Of a stretch of DNA of 64,000 nt, positions 62,356-64,000 are shown piece by piece. Both the position numbers and the translations under genes were made by a program. The notes below the pieces were generated by a model. It was not told the DNA's origin. It did not search any database and worked only from the letters and a program-made list of their open reading frames with translations. Positions within the stretch are counted from its first letter, which is position 1; every line of letters starts with the position of its first letter. Origin of the DNA: the human T2T-CHM13v2.0 reference genome, Homo sapiens; the NCBI RefSeq assembly GCF_009914755.1, contig NC_060939.1; one strand, written 5' to 3'.

Positions 62356-63211
62356 AAACTCATTTAAAGCCTACACATACATATTAATTATAGCACATAG
62401 CAATGGCAAAGGTCTATCATGGTCAAAAAGAATACAACTGAATAAATTAATACCTGGGGAAATGAAATGGAAAAGAAATCAAGTAGTATTCATTCAAAAA
62501 TGCCTGTCCCTTTCCATAGAGTTAATCGAAGGCACAACGACTATGCCATAAACCAAAGTTCCAACCAAGAGTCAAAGCTATATTTTATAGAATTGCCACT
62601 TTCCTCACCAATACCAATAAATAAATTATTAAATCTACCCTTTTGGCATAATAAAGTCATTTCAATAGAACTAAGAGTGCCACAGTTTCAATGTCATCTC
62701 TTCTGAAAATAAATGTTGCTGTCTTGACTCAGAATTCAAATTGCAGCAGCAGGTCATTATTTTGTTCTATTCTATTGACATATTTTAACTCATTTTGTAA
62801 ACCTGGAATTTGTTCCTGTTCTATAATCCCAGACAGAAAAATGTTTATGAGAAGGCAATTTCATTTTGCTAGGATGACAGTGATAGTCCCTTGGGGGAGA
62901 GGCCAACTCAAGCAGGACTGAAGCAGCTGTTAGAAGCCAATTTTCCTACCTGCTAATTGCTTTTATGACTAGGATGTACGGGCTCAGACACCCACCTGGC
63001 AAGCAGAAAATAGATGGAAACAGTCACATCTCAAGAGGTTTTTCCCTTCTTCTAAAAGAATTCAACTAGGAGACAAAACAGCGAAGAAACAGAAAAATGT
63101 CAAAAATACAAAAATATTAATTGCAAAAACATTAATTGTATCTTCCTGACTACCAAAAGGAAAATGAAAAAGAATGAAAAGACATTTGTACGAATAGCTG
63201 GTAGAAAAAAT

Positions 63212-63660
63212 ATTCATTCATTGGTCACTCAGTAAATATTTACTGAAATGCCTATTATGGCAGACACTACTGTAGGTGCTAGAGATACAGCAGTAAACTA
63301 GACACAATGTCCCTTTGTCCCCATCAGAGGAGATTAATGAGAAATAACAGCTACCAATTAGTGATCTGGTACTAAGAGGAAAACAAAACGCAGCCATGTA
63401 ATAAAGTGAGTTGAGAAGCACCAATTTACAGTGAGTTGTCAAGGAAGCCTCTTTGAAGAGGGGACATTTAAGCTGAGACTTAAATGACAAGAAGAATCCA
63501 GTAAACCACCAGTCTGAGGGAAGACCATTCCTTGCAGAGGGACAAGGAGTAGAAGACTTGCAAGTTGGAATAAACTTGGTATATTCATAGAAGACAAAAG
63601 AAGGCCAGTGTAGCTGGAGTTTTGTGAACAACGTTAACAACGGCAGAAGATAAGATCTCT
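63212..63660 (-). mobile_element. L2 3' fragment
   Basis: ATTCATTCA..AAATATTTACTGA..GGTGCTAGAGATACAGCAGTAAAC; GAAGGCCAGTGTAGCTGGAG. Confidence 0.8.
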
Positions 63661-64000
63661 TCAAAGTGCCACGGCCATTTCAAAGTTATCTGCTGAGAAG
63701 ATAAAAATAAAACTATGACCCATGAACTATTCATGGAAATTCACTTTTGGACTAGTAATGACCACCAGGAAACCTTCAACAAAAAAAAGATAAGCATGAG
63801 TTGAGAAATGCCACAGAGGAAGAGGTTTCTGAATCAGAAAGAATCGGCATCAGAGTACTGGCTGAATCAGTGCTGTCAGGAACCTCAAAAGCAATATTGT
63901 TCTAGATAAGATCAACATCTAGGGCTGGCACACCTGGACAAGGTGATATCTGAGGCTTATAATAGGAACCGTTAAAGCACAGCACTCATAAATGAACTCC

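Noticed and set aside
63218-63664. 148-aa minus-strand ORF
   Set aside because: Lies wholly within an L2 3' relic.

Overview
Human-type genomic DNA: AT-rich, CpG-depleted and repeat-dense, with about 30 Alus. An AluYb-lineage element at 14258-14570 points to human. I found no intact protein-coding gene, CpG island or recognisable RNA gene. The window reads like the interior of a very large intron or an intergenic region. An apparent A>T skew on + in unique stretches (judged by eye) and the best splice signals suggest a minus-strand host transcript, which I cannot name. Almost every ORF in the track is Alu- or L1-derived or random. Main points of interest: (1) a ~1.6 kb 3'UTR-only retrocopy recognised from memory as TERF1 (30539-32155), which keeps a miR-155 seed match and would be antisense to the inferred host; (2) a twin-primed, 5'-inverted L1PA3/4 with a 17-bp TSD (37112-40520); (3) a young AluYb7-like element forming a tail-to-tail inverted repeat with an AluY 106 bp away; (4) a tail-less internal L1 fragment with a degenerate TSD (2183-2737); (5) a triple-nested Alu; (6) a tandem double hairpin at 15357-15451; (7) a dispersed ~80-bp duplication; (8) candidate minus-strand exons that could splice into a speculative 40-aa sORF. 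Repeat subfamily names come from recalled consensus sequences and need RepeatMasker/Dfam confirmation. I do not see solid evidence for a wholly new biological system.
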